DNA from: an uncultured virus (IMG/VR IMGVR_UViG_3300008120_010307)
Lineage: Duplodnaviria > Heunggongvirae > Uroviricota > Caudoviricetes
Length of the DNA stretch: 64,000 bases
Direction: 5' to 3' (one strand)
Virus record (IMG/VR): IMGVR_UViG_3300008120_010307
Below the pieces are notes generated by a model. The model saw nothing but the letters and a program-made list of their open reading frames with translations. It was not told where the DNA came from and made no database searches. This document shows positions 30,557-39,834 of the stretch, in pieces; position 1 is the first letter of the stretch; every line of letters starts with the position of its first letter. The position numbers and the translations under genes are program-made.

Positions 30557-32935
30557 ATGGAATGGAATTTATTCAATCCATATCCTGAATTCAATTTGAA
30601 AAACATGAGTAAAAAACTTGATATCTCGTCTTTGGATAATCCTAACATTCAGGTTATTTGGGAAGACACTGCAGAAAACTTTACACAGGAGAAAATTAAA
30701 TCTGTAAAACAATACTTTTACAAAAAATACAATTCTACCAACGTAAATGTTATCACGAAAGTTAAAACCACAGATGAAACCCAACAGACTGTAGATGTTT
30801 CTGTCAATATAATGGACAAGAATTATCAAAGGGAACTAATCAAGTCACTTTTGGAATCAAAAGGACAAGAAAAGTATTTCGACCAATTGATGAACATTGA
30901 CCTTGCGGTTGAAAACAGAATTTCCGCTGAGGATGTTGAAGTAAGTCCATTCAAGAGATGGTATATCAAGAAAATAGAATTCAGTAATTTCCTTTCTTAC
31001 GGTGAAAACCAAGTAATTGACTTTGAAAAATGTAATGGTATCACTGTTGTCGAATCTGACCCACCAAATTTCGGTGGTAAAACAGTTTTGACCGTTGACC
31101 TATTACTTTTCTTATTTTTTAATACGACCACTAAAACCCAAAAGGCTGAGGAAATCTTCAACAGGTTCACAGATAAAAATGCGGTATCTGTAAGAGGTGA
31201 AATTCTTATTGACGGGGAAGAGTATATCATTGCGAGAAAGATAGAGAGGAAAAAGGCGAAGAGTGGGGAATGGAATGTCAAAACTGAATTGGATTTCTTT
31301 AAAAAGTTGTCTGATGGACAACTTCAAAACTTCACCGGAGAACAACGAAGAGAAACTGAAGATTTCATAAAAAAATCCATTGGTAACATGGAGGATTTTT
31401 TGATGACTATTGTTACCACAGCATCAAATTTAGAAGATTTGTTAGAAGCAAAACCAACAGCTCGTGGTCAGGTTCTTTCAAGATTTTTGGGGTTGGAGTT
31501 TTTAAAGAAAAAAGAAGAGTTTGGTAAAGAAATATATTCGGAATTTTCTAAAGGAATGTTGTCAAATGTTTACAACACCGAATCACTGAAAAATGATAAT
31601 CAAAATTCTGAGGAGGAGATAATTGAGTGTAATAGTTCAATTGCGGATGCTCAAACTAAAATAAAAGATGTTGATAATCGACTGAAAAAAGGGCAAGATT
31701 ACAAAGACAATCTTTTGAAATCCAAATTCACCGATTTGGACCAAGACTTAGTTATTTTGAATCCAGATAGATTACAAATTCAAATTGAGGAACATAAAAC
31801 AATCTCTAGTCGATTAAAATCACAAATTCAAGAGATTAAAATCGTTGAACCTAAAAAGTTTTATCACGAGGACCAGCACGACTCGGTGAGGGAGAAAATT
31901 AAATCCACAAACGGAGAATTGATTCTCGCGGAAAACAAAGTAGAAGAAATAGAAGACCTAATCAAAAAGTATGGTGATGGTATCCAATGTGAACATTGTG
32001 GTATCAAACTTATGGAAGCCGAACTTACCAAAAAGAAAATCGAACAGTTAGAAAAATATAAAAAACTGGTCAAAGAGTTTAAAAAAGAGTTAGAAGGTTT
32101 AGAAAAAAAAGAACAATCATTCACACAACTTAAAAAGGACTTTGATGAATATGAAAAGGCCAAACTCGTAAAAGAAAAGTATGAAGCGTCTTTGGAGGCC
32201 AATGATTTAAAACTTGAACAATTCCAAGATAAAATGAAAAGGTATTTGGAGGTTCAAGATAAAATCAAAAAGAACAATGAGATTGATGCACAGTTGGTAA
32301 AGGCCGGTCTGAGACTTGATGAACTAATTAAAGAAAAACGAGACTACGAGAAGGTACAAACAACGAACCAGAATCAAATAACATTCCTCAAAGAAAGGAT
32401 TGAGAAAAACAATGAACTGATTCTCAAAATAGCTGAAGAATACGAAAAAGAAAAAGTATACAAGATTTACTTGGACATCTTCGGAAAAAATGGTATCAGT
32501 AAAATCATCATGAAAACTATGATGCCACTGATAAACCAAGAACTTCAGAGACTTTTAATTGATTCTTGTTATTTCAATTTGGAAATTAGAATCAATGAAA
32601 AGAACGAAGTGGAATTTGTCATGATTGATAACTCAACAGGTATTGAGAAACTAATGGTTTCTGGTTCTGGTTATGAAAGAACAATTGCGGCTATGGCACT
32701 TAGAGCAGTACTAAGTAAAGTTTGTTCACTTCCAAAACCTAACGTGATTGTATGGGATGAAGTCTTTGGTAAAATATCGAATGATAACTTAGACATGGTG
32801 GGTGAATTTTTCCAAAAGATGAGAGAGTATTTCGAGAAAATTTTTGTAATCTCACACAACCCTCTTATCAATGCTTGGGGTAATAACACTTTGAAAATTT
32901 CCAAGTCAGATAATGTTTCAAGAGTAATACAATAA
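30557..32935 (+). CDS. Rad50/SbcC-like SMC ATPase with N-terminal extension
   Basis: IEFSNFLSYG, NFGGKT (Walker A), coiled coils with CEHC zinc hook, SGYE signature, WDE (Walker B), ISH. Confidence 0.9.
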   Translation: MEWNLFNPYPEFNLKNMSKKLDISSLDNPNIQVIWEDTAENFTQEKIKSVKQYFYKKYNSTNVNVITKVKTTDETQQTVDVSVNIMDKNYQRELIKSLLESKGQEKYFDQLMNIDLAVENRISAEDVEVSPFKRWYIKKIEFSNFLSYGENQVIDFEKCNGITVVESDPPNFGGKTVLTVDLLLFLFFNTTTKTQKAEEIFNRFTDKNAVSVRGEILIDGEEYIIARKIERKKAKSGEWNVKTELDFFKKLSDGQLQNFTGEQRRETEDFIKKSIGNMEDFLMTIVTTASNLEDLLEAKPTARGQVLSRFLGLEFLKKKEEFGKEIYSEFSKGMLSNVYNTESLKNDNQNSEEEIIECNSSIADAQTKIKDVDNRLKKGQDYKDNLLKSKFTDLDQDLVILNPDRLQIQIEEHKTISSRLKSQIQEIKIVEPKKFYHEDQHDSVREKIKSTNGELILAENKVEEIEDLIKKYGDGIQCEHCGIKLMEAELTKKKIEQLEKYKKLVKEFKKELEGLEKKEQSFTQLKKDFDEYEKAKLVKEKYEASLEANDLKLEQFQDKMKRYLEVQDKIKKNNEIDAQLVKAGLRLDELIKEKRDYEKVQTTNQNQITFLKERIEKNNELILKIAEEYEKEKVYKIYLDIFGKNGISKIIMKTMMPLINQELQRLLIDSCYFNLEIRINEKNEVEFVMIDNSTGIEKLMVSGSGYERTIAAMALRAVLSKVCSLPKPNVIVWDEVFGKISNDNLDMVGEFFQKMREYFEKIFVISHNPLINAWGNNTLKISKSDNVSRVIQ

Positions 32936-32970
32936 TTTTTTTTATTGTTTTAATTCCTTACTTTTGTCTC

Positions 32971-33444
32971 ATGCAAATATTTCTACCCTATCCCGACTTT
33001 AGAGCATCTCTTCAAACATTGGATAATAAGAGATTGGGTAAACAGAGAGTTGAAACATATCAAATAATCTCTGCAATCACACGTAGACCAAAACTTGACG
33101 GTTCTCCATACAAAGGATGGTTGAATCATCCCTGTACTGTGATGTGGAAAGATTATGTAGACGCTCTCAAAGTCTATATGAATATTTCAATTGAAGAATG
33201 GATTGGTCGAGGTTTCAAGAACACCATGGCAATTGAGACTATTCCAAAATTAGTTACTTATCCACCATTCATTGGTAATGAAAGATTTCATTCCTCTCAC
33301 AGAGCTAATCTATTGAAGAAAGAACCTGAATTTTACGTCAAATATAATTGGGTTGAGAATCCTGAAGACCCTTATGTTTGGATGGATGGTGAGGGTAAAT
33401 GGTATGAACAACACAGTGGAAAAAAAGGAAGAGTTTATATTTGA
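32971..33444 (+). CDS. pyrimidine-dimer DNA glycosylase/endoV-like protein (MSMEG_6728-like)
   Basis: MQIFLPY..LDNKRLGKQRVE, NHP..MW, HSSHRANLLKKEP; preceded by TACTTTTG (32959-66). Confidence 0.75.
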   Translation: MQIFLPYPDFRASLQTLDNKRLGKQRVETYQIISAITRRPKLDGSPYKGWLNHPCTVMWKDYVDALKVYMNISIEEWIGRGFKNTMAIETIPKLVTYPPFIGNERFHSSHRANLLKKEPEFYVKYNWVENPEDPYVWMDGEGKWYEQHSGKKGRVYI

Positions 33445-33465
33445 TTTTTACATACATTTGCAATT

Positions 33466-34035
33466 ATGAAAATTACAATCGACACAGAAAAATTTACTGA
33501 GGAGCAAGTTAGACAGTTGTTCAATATCATCGGTGAAAATTATAATATGAGTTTGAGTGGTAAAGAGAAATCAGAACTCTTGGAAGCTCGTATGAGATTC
33601 ACACTTGGTGAACCTCGTCCTGAAACAACTGACTACGATTTTCGTACTGGTGAAGAATATTTTTTCACCACGGATAAAGTTGAACTAAAACAATTTGATG
33701 CTCTTGGTTCCTCACCTAAACTTCAGCAGGTTAAACCCGCTCTTTATAATAAAATTTTAGTTGCAGCTGAATTTCCTGAGTTTACTGAGTGGTGGGTAAT
33801 CAAAACTGACAAGATTTCCCAAGTTGCAGGTAAAGAAAACAAAGAAGACGGTAAATTGACCTTACAAAGACAACACAAGGGCAATGAACTTGAGGGTCAA
33901 ATTACTTTTACACAACAATTCAAAAGTATGGCCACTTACCTTCTCAGCACAGGACCAATTGATTATACACAGAGTAACTTAGGTCTTACTGACGAATACA
34001 TTTTAGAAATTCTCAACCATGTTAAAAATCATTAA
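33466..34035 (+). CDS. putative PD-(D/E)XK restriction-like endonuclease
   Basis: E...DYD...VELK pattern, QQVKP and QH.GN..EGQ; lies directly upstream of an adenine MTase. Confidence 0.45.
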   Translation: MKITIDTEKFTEEQVRQLFNIIGENYNMSLSGKEKSELLEARMRFTLGEPRPETTDYDFRTGEEYFFTTDKVELKQFDALGSSPKLQQVKPALYNKILVAAEFPEFTEWWVIKTDKISQVAGKENKEDGKLTLQRQHKGNELEGQITFTQQFKSMATYLLSTGPIDYTQSNLGLTDEYILEILNHVKNH

Positions 34036-34075
34036 GTATTTAATTCCTTAATGAAATTTGGTACTATTTATTAGT

Positions 34076-35467
34076 ATGATAGAAAACAAAAGTATAAACA
34101 ACCATAACTATTTCCTTGGTCAATATATGACCCCTGTGGATTTAGCTACTGAGCTTTTATCAGAACTTGAGATATCTGACAATATCGTTTATGTAGAACC
34201 ATCTTTCGGTACTGGTAATTTTATACAAGCTCTTCTAAAAAGGGGTGTTGACATTAATAAAGTTGTTGGATGTGAATTGGATTCGACCCTTTTTGAGTTT
34301 GCGTCTGAACTTAGTTTTGAAAAATATCTAATAAATTTTTACGATTGGAAGTTCAAAACAAACAAAAAAATAATTTTTGTTGGAAATCCACCATTCAGAA
34401 CCCCAGCTTACTCATTACGTTCACATCCCGATTTTGTAAAGAAATTGTGTAAAAAGTATGATGTAAAAGGTATACGTGAAGAATCGGTATTTTTTCTCCT
34501 TAGATGTTTAGAAATCATAGAGGAAAATGGTAATGGGGGTGAAATAAGATTCATAATGCCTGAAACACTTTTTACGAACAACTCTAAGTTTTTCGTCAGG
34601 TTCCAAAATTTAATTCATGAAAAATTTGACATTGAATATGTGAAAGAAATACCCAACGGACTCTTTGAATCAGCATCACTTAAAATGATTTTTATAGTTT
34701 TGAAATACGTCCAAAAAGAAAAGTCTGATAAAATAAACAATAATGAAGATTATTGGAATTACAATCAGATATTCAAAAGAACTTATTTAGGGTCGGTCCC
34801 CTGTGAAAGCATATTTCTGTCTTGCAGGAATGAAAATAGGGAGGAGTTCATCGATAGAATGATTAGATTATACAATTCTGATTTGAAGGATTTAGATTCC
34901 AATCTCAGGTTCCATGGACTTGCACATTTGAAAGTATTAAACAGTCAAAATGAGGAACTCAAATCAAAAAAACTTGAGGTGATTTGGAAATATTTGGAGG
35001 AGATAAAGACTAAACTTTCAGATAGATTTCTGTTGGAGCTTGAGAATGTAGACAATTATAAAAAGATAAATCACAGAAACGAAATCAGATACTATTTTAG
35101 AAATCCCATTTTAAAAAAGATGAGTTTTGTGTATGAAATAAATCCCAACCCAACAAAATCATTTTATTTTACTGGTAACCCCTCTAAATCATCCACCGAT
35201 TATTTTGGTTACTGTGATTATGACATTACAAGAAATAGCAGTCCAGGTGCATGTAGAACTATACCAGTTGAGGATGTTGAAAATAATCTTACTGATGAAT
35301 TCAAGACATGGTGGAACGAAAATAATTTAGGGGAATATGAAAAAATTTTTGATTTGTTTCTTACAACCTCAAAATCAATTTGGTATAAAAACATGAAAAA
35401 AAAATATAACAGATTTTATTTCGGAATTCCAAAAAAACTGAATTCAAACCTAATTTATAATAAATAA
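34076..35467 (+). CDS. N6-adenine DNA methyltransferase (motif I before motif IV)
   Basis: GQYMTP, EPSFGTGNF, GCELD, VGNPPF, FIMP. Confidence 0.8.
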   Translation: MIENKSINNHNYFLGQYMTPVDLATELLSELEISDNIVYVEPSFGTGNFIQALLKRGVDINKVVGCELDSTLFEFASELSFEKYLINFYDWKFKTNKKIIFVGNPPFRTPAYSLRSHPDFVKKLCKKYDVKGIREESVFFLLRCLEIIEENGNGGEIRFIMPETLFTNNSKFFVRFQNLIHEKFDIEYVKEIPNGLFESASLKMIFIVLKYVQKEKSDKINNNEDYWNYNQIFKRTYLGSVPCESIFLSCRNENREEFIDRMIRLYNSDLKDLDSNLRFHGLAHLKVLNSQNEELKSKKLEVIWKYLEEIKTKLSDRFLLELENVDNYKKINHRNEIRYYFRNPILKKMSFVYEINPNPTKSFYFTGNPSKSSTDYFGYCDYDITRNSSPGACRTIPVEDVENNLTDEFKTWWNENNLGEYEKIFDLFLTTSKSIWYKNMKKKYNRFYFGIPKKLNSNLIYNK

Positions 35468-35485
35468 ACCTTACATTTGTAGCTC

Positions 35486-35980
35486 ATGAAAAATTACTTT
35501 TTAATCCTTTTAGGAAATTTTGAAAATGAATCCGAGACTAAAGATATTGTAGTATCTCTCAGTCCTATTGTTGATTCACCAACTTTGAAATTCAATCAAA
35601 CAACCGGCTCATTAGTATTTCATTTCGCATCTGAAGTAAGTCAAGAAGAGATGTATGACTACATCATAGTCACAGTTAGTGAGAAGTGTACGTCATTTTT
35701 TCTGACAGAAAATACTGACAAGGTGTCAGTTTTCCTTCCTACATCTGTCAGCGAACACTTATTGGACTTAGACAAAGAAACTCTGGATTTAAAATGGAAA
35801 CCCTCAAAAAATTTTGACGAAGAATTAGATGAAGAAATTGTGGCATTACTTTTGGAGGGTATCAAGAAATCAAGAAAGAAACCAACCTTAGACGAAATAT
35901 TAGAAAAAATTTTATCGGGTGGGGTAAACTCCCTTAGCTTGTACGAAAAAGAAATCTTAGAAAATTATAGTAAAAACTAA
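35486..35980 (+). CDS. hypothetical protein with DUF6576-like C-terminal motif
   Basis: LDEILEKI..GG..SLS..EK.IL; preceded by TACATTTG (35472-79). Confidence 0.5.
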   Translation: MKNYFLILLGNFENESETKDIVVSLSPIVDSPTLKFNQTTGSLVFHFASEVSQEEMYDYIIVTVSEKCTSFFLTENTDKVSVFLPTSVSEHLLDLDKETLDLKWKPSKNFDEELDEEIVALLLEGIKKSRKKPTLDEILEKILSGGVNSLSLYEKEILENYSKN

Positions 35981-35984
35981 TATC

Positions 35985-36782
35985 ATGAAAGAAAAATCAG
36001 TTATTCCAATCAATCAAGAAGAAATTGCGGTTTATCTCAAAGACATTCGTAAAATATCAGTTATGACCCCTGAAAGAGAAAGGGAGTTGGCTGAAAGAAT
36101 GTTATCAAATAACATTTCGGAACGAGAAAAGGAAGATATCAAAAAAGAACTTGTTGAAGGCAATTTAAGGTTTGTTATCACAGTTAGTAAACAATATCAA
36201 AATCAGGGTTTAGATTTTCCTGACTTGATTGCTGAAGGGAATTATGGTCTAATGAAAGCTATTGATAATTTTGATTGGTCGAAAAAACTAAGATTTATAT
36301 CATACGCTGTTTGGTGGATTAGACAGTCGATTCTACAATCATTGAATGAAAATGCAAGAACTATTCGCCTTCCCGTAAATGTTGTCCAAGAACTTCAGAA
36401 AGCTAAAAAGGAACTTGAAAATGCCGGTGTAGAGTTACCTGAAAAGTTCGTGAATTTACCATACACTGTAAATCTAGATAGTCCTTTGAATGAGGATGGA
36501 GACACTCTAATGGATGTATTAGTAAACCCAAACGCCGAATCTGCAGACTCCAATCTTTCTACGGAGCAAACTCTAAAAGACAAATTACTTGGTATGTTGG
36601 ATGTACTTGACGAACGCGAAAGGGTTATAGTTGAGGATTATTTTGGGTTATCGGGTTCAACACGAACCTTGGAAGATATTGGTAATGATTTTGATTTGAC
36701 TAAAGAAAGGGTAAGACAAATAAAAGAGAAGGCTTTACGAAAACTTCGAAATGAAACAGGTAGTCTGTTCGACTACATGTAA
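35985..36782 (+). CDS. RpoD/RpoS-family sigma70 factor, Bacteroidota type
   Basis: NLRFVITVSKQYQNQGL..DLI.EGN.GL, FISYAVWWIRQSILQ, region 4 TLEDIG..LTKERVRQIKEKALRKL; no region 1.1. Confidence 0.93.
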   Translation: MKEKSVIPINQEEIAVYLKDIRKISVMTPERERELAERMLSNNISEREKEDIKKELVEGNLRFVITVSKQYQNQGLDFPDLIAEGNYGLMKAIDNFDWSKKLRFISYAVWWIRQSILQSLNENARTIRLPVNVVQELQKAKKELENAGVELPEKFVNLPYTVNLDSPLNEDGDTLMDVLVNPNAESADSNLSTEQTLKDKLLGMLDVLDERERVIVEDYFGLSGSTRTLEDIGNDFDLTKERVRQIKEKALRKLRNETGSLFDYM

Positions 36783-36787
36783 AAAGA

Positions 36788-36824
36788 TTATAAAGGGTGT
36801 ATTTATTATATACACCCTTTATAA
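36788..36824. promoter_or_regulatory. perfect 15-bp inverted repeat containing TATTTAT
   Basis: TTATAAAGGGTGTAT-ttattat-ATACACCCTTTATAA. Confidence 0.65.
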
Positions 36825-36853
36825 TTTAGGGGGTATATTAAAATTACAATTAT

Positions 36854-37132
36854 ATGAAAAAGTTTATCGAGACAAATTTTACTGTAATAGTTTTGGTCAT
36901 AGCACTTCTGAGTTTTTTCAAAGGGTGTGGAGATAGCAGAGAACTTTCCAAAATGAGAAAAGAAGTACAGGCTATTAAAGACTCAACATTCACAAAAACT
37001 CAATTGGAAAAAAAATTAAAAATTTCTGGATTAGAGGCTGAAAAAAGAATGATTCAAGCAACTGATAGAAAACTTCTTGATGTAAGAAGACAAACAGAAA
37101 TTGAAGATGAAATCAAAAGATTAAATAATTAA
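36854..37132 (+). CDS. membrane-anchored or lipoprotein-like coiled-coil protein
   Basis: Hydrophobic N-terminus ending LLSFFKGC. Confidence 0.5.
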   Translation: MKKFIETNFTVIVLVIALLSFFKGCGDSRELSKMRKEVQAIKDSTFTKTQLEKKLKISGLEAEKRMIQATDRKLLDVRRQTEIEDEIKRLNN

Positions 37133-37135
37133 AAA

Positions 37136-37756
37136 ATGACTTGGATACAAAAAAATTTCAAAAGTATAATATATGCTGCTTTTTTGGTTCCAATTTTAAC
37201 AGTAGCTTTCGTCTCAATATCACACGTCACAAAATGGTACGGTATATCAAACCCATTTAGCTGGGCTATTTACCTGTCGATTGGTATTGAAATTGCGGCA
37301 CTTTCAGCTTTAGCTGCGATAAGTGCGAGAATGGGTAAAAAGGTATATTTCCCATTTGGTATCGTTACTTTAATTCAATTTTTGGGAAACATTTACTTTG
37401 CATATTCTTATATAGATGTTGGTTCACAAGCATTTAAAGATTGGGTTGATTTAGTCGACCCTATTGTTTCTTTCATGGGTGTTGATTCAGGTGACCCTAT
37501 AGGTCACAAAAGATTTTTGGCAATATTTGCAGGCGGAATGTTACCTATAATTTCTTTATCCTTTTTACACATGTTGGTCAAATTTGAGCAGGATGAAAGA
37601 CAAAAACAAATAGAAATTAAAGTTGAGGAAATTATTAAAGCCCAACCAACTGAGATTACTAAAGAAGTAAAACCTGAGGAGGTTCCCAATCAAGAAAAGG
37701 AAGATAAACCCGAATATAAAGTTTTGAGTTATACTAAAAATGTCAACTCTCAATAA
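37136..37756 (+). CDS. multi-pass membrane protein (holin candidate)
   Basis: About four hydrophobic segments and a charged tail; adjacent to the amidase. Confidence 0.5.
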   Translation: MTWIQKNFKSIIYAAFLVPILTVAFVSISHVTKWYGISNPFSWAIYLSIGIEIAALSALAAISARMGKKVYFPFGIVTLIQFLGNIYFAYSYIDVGSQAFKDWVDLVDPIVSFMGVDSGDPIGHKRFLAIFAGGMLPIISLSFLHMLVKFEQDERQKQIEIKVEEIIKAQPTEITKEVKPEEVPNQEKEDKPEYKVLSYTKNVNSQ

Positions 37757-38348
37757 ATACGGAAATTTCAAAGCGTTAGGTAAATACAGAAATAAAAAAC
37801 AAATCATTTTATGTCATACGTCAAGGGAGGTAGATAAATATCTAACCTCCCTTCGATTTAGATATAACCAAAGGTTTGATAGAATACCTAATTTTGTGAT
37901 AACCAAAAAAGGAGAAGTGATTCAACTTTTGGATGAGTCGTCTCACTCAAGATTTTTTTACAACGAAGAGGTAAATAAAAATTCTGTTATAGTTTGCTTA
38001 GAAAACTTAGGATGGTTGGAAAAGAAACCCCTATCTAACGAGTATATTAGTTGGGATGGGAGTATTTATAATGAGAAAGTTTACGAAAAAAAATGGAGAG
38101 ATTTTTTCTTTTGGGAACCATATTCTGATGTTCAAATAACAGAAACATCTAAACTTTGTTCCAAATTGATTGAACTTTTCCAAATAAAAAAAAGTTGTGT
38201 CGGTCATAACACTAAGGTTGATGGAATAGAAAGATTCGAGGGAATTTCCACAAGAAGTAATTATGACCAACGGTTCACTGATTTGAACCCCTCTTTTAAT
38301 TTTGAAAACTTTGTAAAATTTTTAGAAAATGAGCAATTTGCACAATGA
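37740..38348 (+). CDS. N-acetylmuramoyl-L-alanine amidase-like protein (endolysin candidate)
   Basis: IILCHT, FVITKKGEVIQL, SVIVCLEN.G, Y...QI, GHN, D.NP.F (Amidase_2-like, somewhat divergent). Confidence 0.65.
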   Translation: MSTLNKYGNFKALGKYRNKKQIILCHTSREVDKYLTSLRFRYNQRFDRIPNFVITKKGEVIQLLDESSHSRFFYNEEVNKNSVIVCLENLGWLEKKPLSNEYISWDGSIYNEKVYEKKWRDFFFWEPYSDVQITETSKLCSKLIELFQIKKSCVGHNTKVDGIERFEGISTRSNYDQRFTDLNPSFNFENFVKFLENEQFAQ

Positions 38349-38901
38349 AAGATACGATGAAATTAAATCACTTTTGAAGAAATCAAAAATGATTTTCGAA
38401 CAAAAAAGTGACATGTCACAAATCAACGTAGCCAAAGATATCGAAACGAAAATATCTCAAGATGCAGATGAGTTCGATATGGATTATGAAGAGGGACCAT
38501 CATCTCCCAAAGACAAAGTACAAAAGTATAGAGTGTCTGGTGGAATTTTAGCATTACATGGTAAAAGTAAAACCGACTTAGACATAACAACAGATGATAA
38601 AATTGCATTCCAAGACTCCATGGAGGAGTTCGTGGATGAAGTGTCTGATTTGGTCGATTTCAATACATTGAATGTCTATCCGAATAATGTAGAATGGTCT
38701 GGTAAAATTATTGGTGAAGATTTAGATTTTACCTTCACCATTGGTGAAGATAGTGGAATCTACATAGAGGGAACCATGATTAAAGTAGATGATGAATTTT
38801 TGGAGTTGATAAATAAATTACAACAATATTATCAAAAATTCAAAAGTCGTTGGGCTAAAATTATAGCAGGTCGGAAAAAAACAAGAGAGACAAATGAATA
38901 A
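38329..38901 (+). CDS. hypothetical acidic protein
   Basis: 190-aa ORF. Confidence 0.5.
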   Translation: MSNLHNERYDEIKSLLKKSKMIFEQKSDMSQINVAKDIETKISQDADEFDMDYEEGPSSPKDKVQKYRVSGGILALHGKSKTDLDITTDDKIAFQDSMEEFVDEVSDLVDFNTLNVYPNNVEWSGKIIGEDLDFTFTIGEDSGIYIEGTMIKVDDEFLELINKLQQYYQKFKSRWAKIIAGRKKTRETNE

Positions 38902-39253
38902 AGTAAAAAATTTTTTAGCTACGAATTACAAAACTATTTTTAAGATAGGTTTAGTTGTGTTTGCTTTATATTGGGTGGTTTTTGTATTGACCCCAAGAAC
39001 ATCAATTTCAGAACAACAAAAACAAGCTTTAGACTCCCTATCTGCACAAATAAAGATTTTACATGAGGACAATTTAAAACTTGAAGAAGAAATCACTTCT
39101 TTTAATGAAGAAATAAAACAAGTTGATTCAAAAATTGCTAAAATAAAAAATCAAAAAACAATAGTAAAAGAAATATATCATGAAAAAATCAATAGCGTTG
39201 ATAGGCTTACTGTTCGTGAGCTTGATAGCTTTTTCACAGACAGATACAAATAA
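38894..39253 (+). CDS. N-terminal TM plus coiled-coil protein (spanin-like)
   Basis: TM segment IGLVVFALYWVVFVL followed by heptads; overlaps the next gene by 74 nt. Confidence 0.5.
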   Translation: MNKVKNFLATNYKTIFKIGLVVFALYWVVFVLTPRTSISEQQKQALDSLSAQIKILHEDNLKLEEEITSFNEEIKQVDSKIAKIKNQKTIVKEIYHEKINSVDRLTVRELDSFFTDRYK

Positions 39254-39587
39254 TGTGAAATGCTTTCCGATTCCTGTAGTGAAACAAATCATGAAAGATG
39301 TTTTAAGTGGTGATTCAGCAAAGGCGCAACTCAAACTTGTTGAAAGTGAGGTGGGTGAACTCGAAAAAAAAGTAAGTTTAAAAGATAGTGTTATAAACAC
39401 TTTAAGACTTAAAGAGGAGAACTACCAAACAATAATCAAATCAGAAAAGGAAAAGTTCGGAATTGTGGAATCTTACTCGAAAAAATTAGAATGGGATTTA
39501 AAGAAAGAAAAAACAAAAAATAAATTCAAATCATTTGTTGGCACTGCAGTTATTGGGGTGCTTGCATTTTTTATAATTCAAAAATAA
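39180..39587 (+). CDS. signal peptide, coiled coil and C-terminal TM protein (spanin-like)
   Basis: MKKSIALIGLLFVSLIAFSQ signal peptide; C-terminal hydrophobic tail. Confidence 0.5.
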   Translation: MKKSIALIGLLFVSLIAFSQTDTNNVKCFPIPVVKQIMKDVLSGDSAKAQLKLVESEVGELEKKVSLKDSVINTLRLKEENYQTIIKSEKEKFGIVESYSKKLEWDLKKEKTKNKFKSFVGTAVIGVLAFFIIQK

Positions 39588-39832
39588 TGGCACTCACTAA
39601 TACAGAGATGAGAGAAATAGAGACAGTTATCCGAAAAGAAATAAAGAATTTCTTGGAGACTAACACTATCAAACAGTTTGAAGATAAGTTATTGGATAGA
39701 GTACATAAAGAAATGAAACGTGGTAAACTTGAATCTGAAGTGAAAGATATTGCCGTAAAAATGTTTAGAGAATTCTATCAATTCATGTGGCAAAACAGAA
39801 GTTATTGGGAGCCAAGATTAAAAAATTCATAA
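39587..39832 (+). CDS. hypothetical protein
   Basis: 81 aa; TAATG coupling to the upstream gene. Confidence 0.5.
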   Translation: MALTNTEMREIETVIRKEIKNFLETNTIKQFEDKLLDRVHKEMKRGKLESEVKDIAVKMFREFYQFMWQNRSYWEPRLKNS

Positions 39833-39834
39833 TT

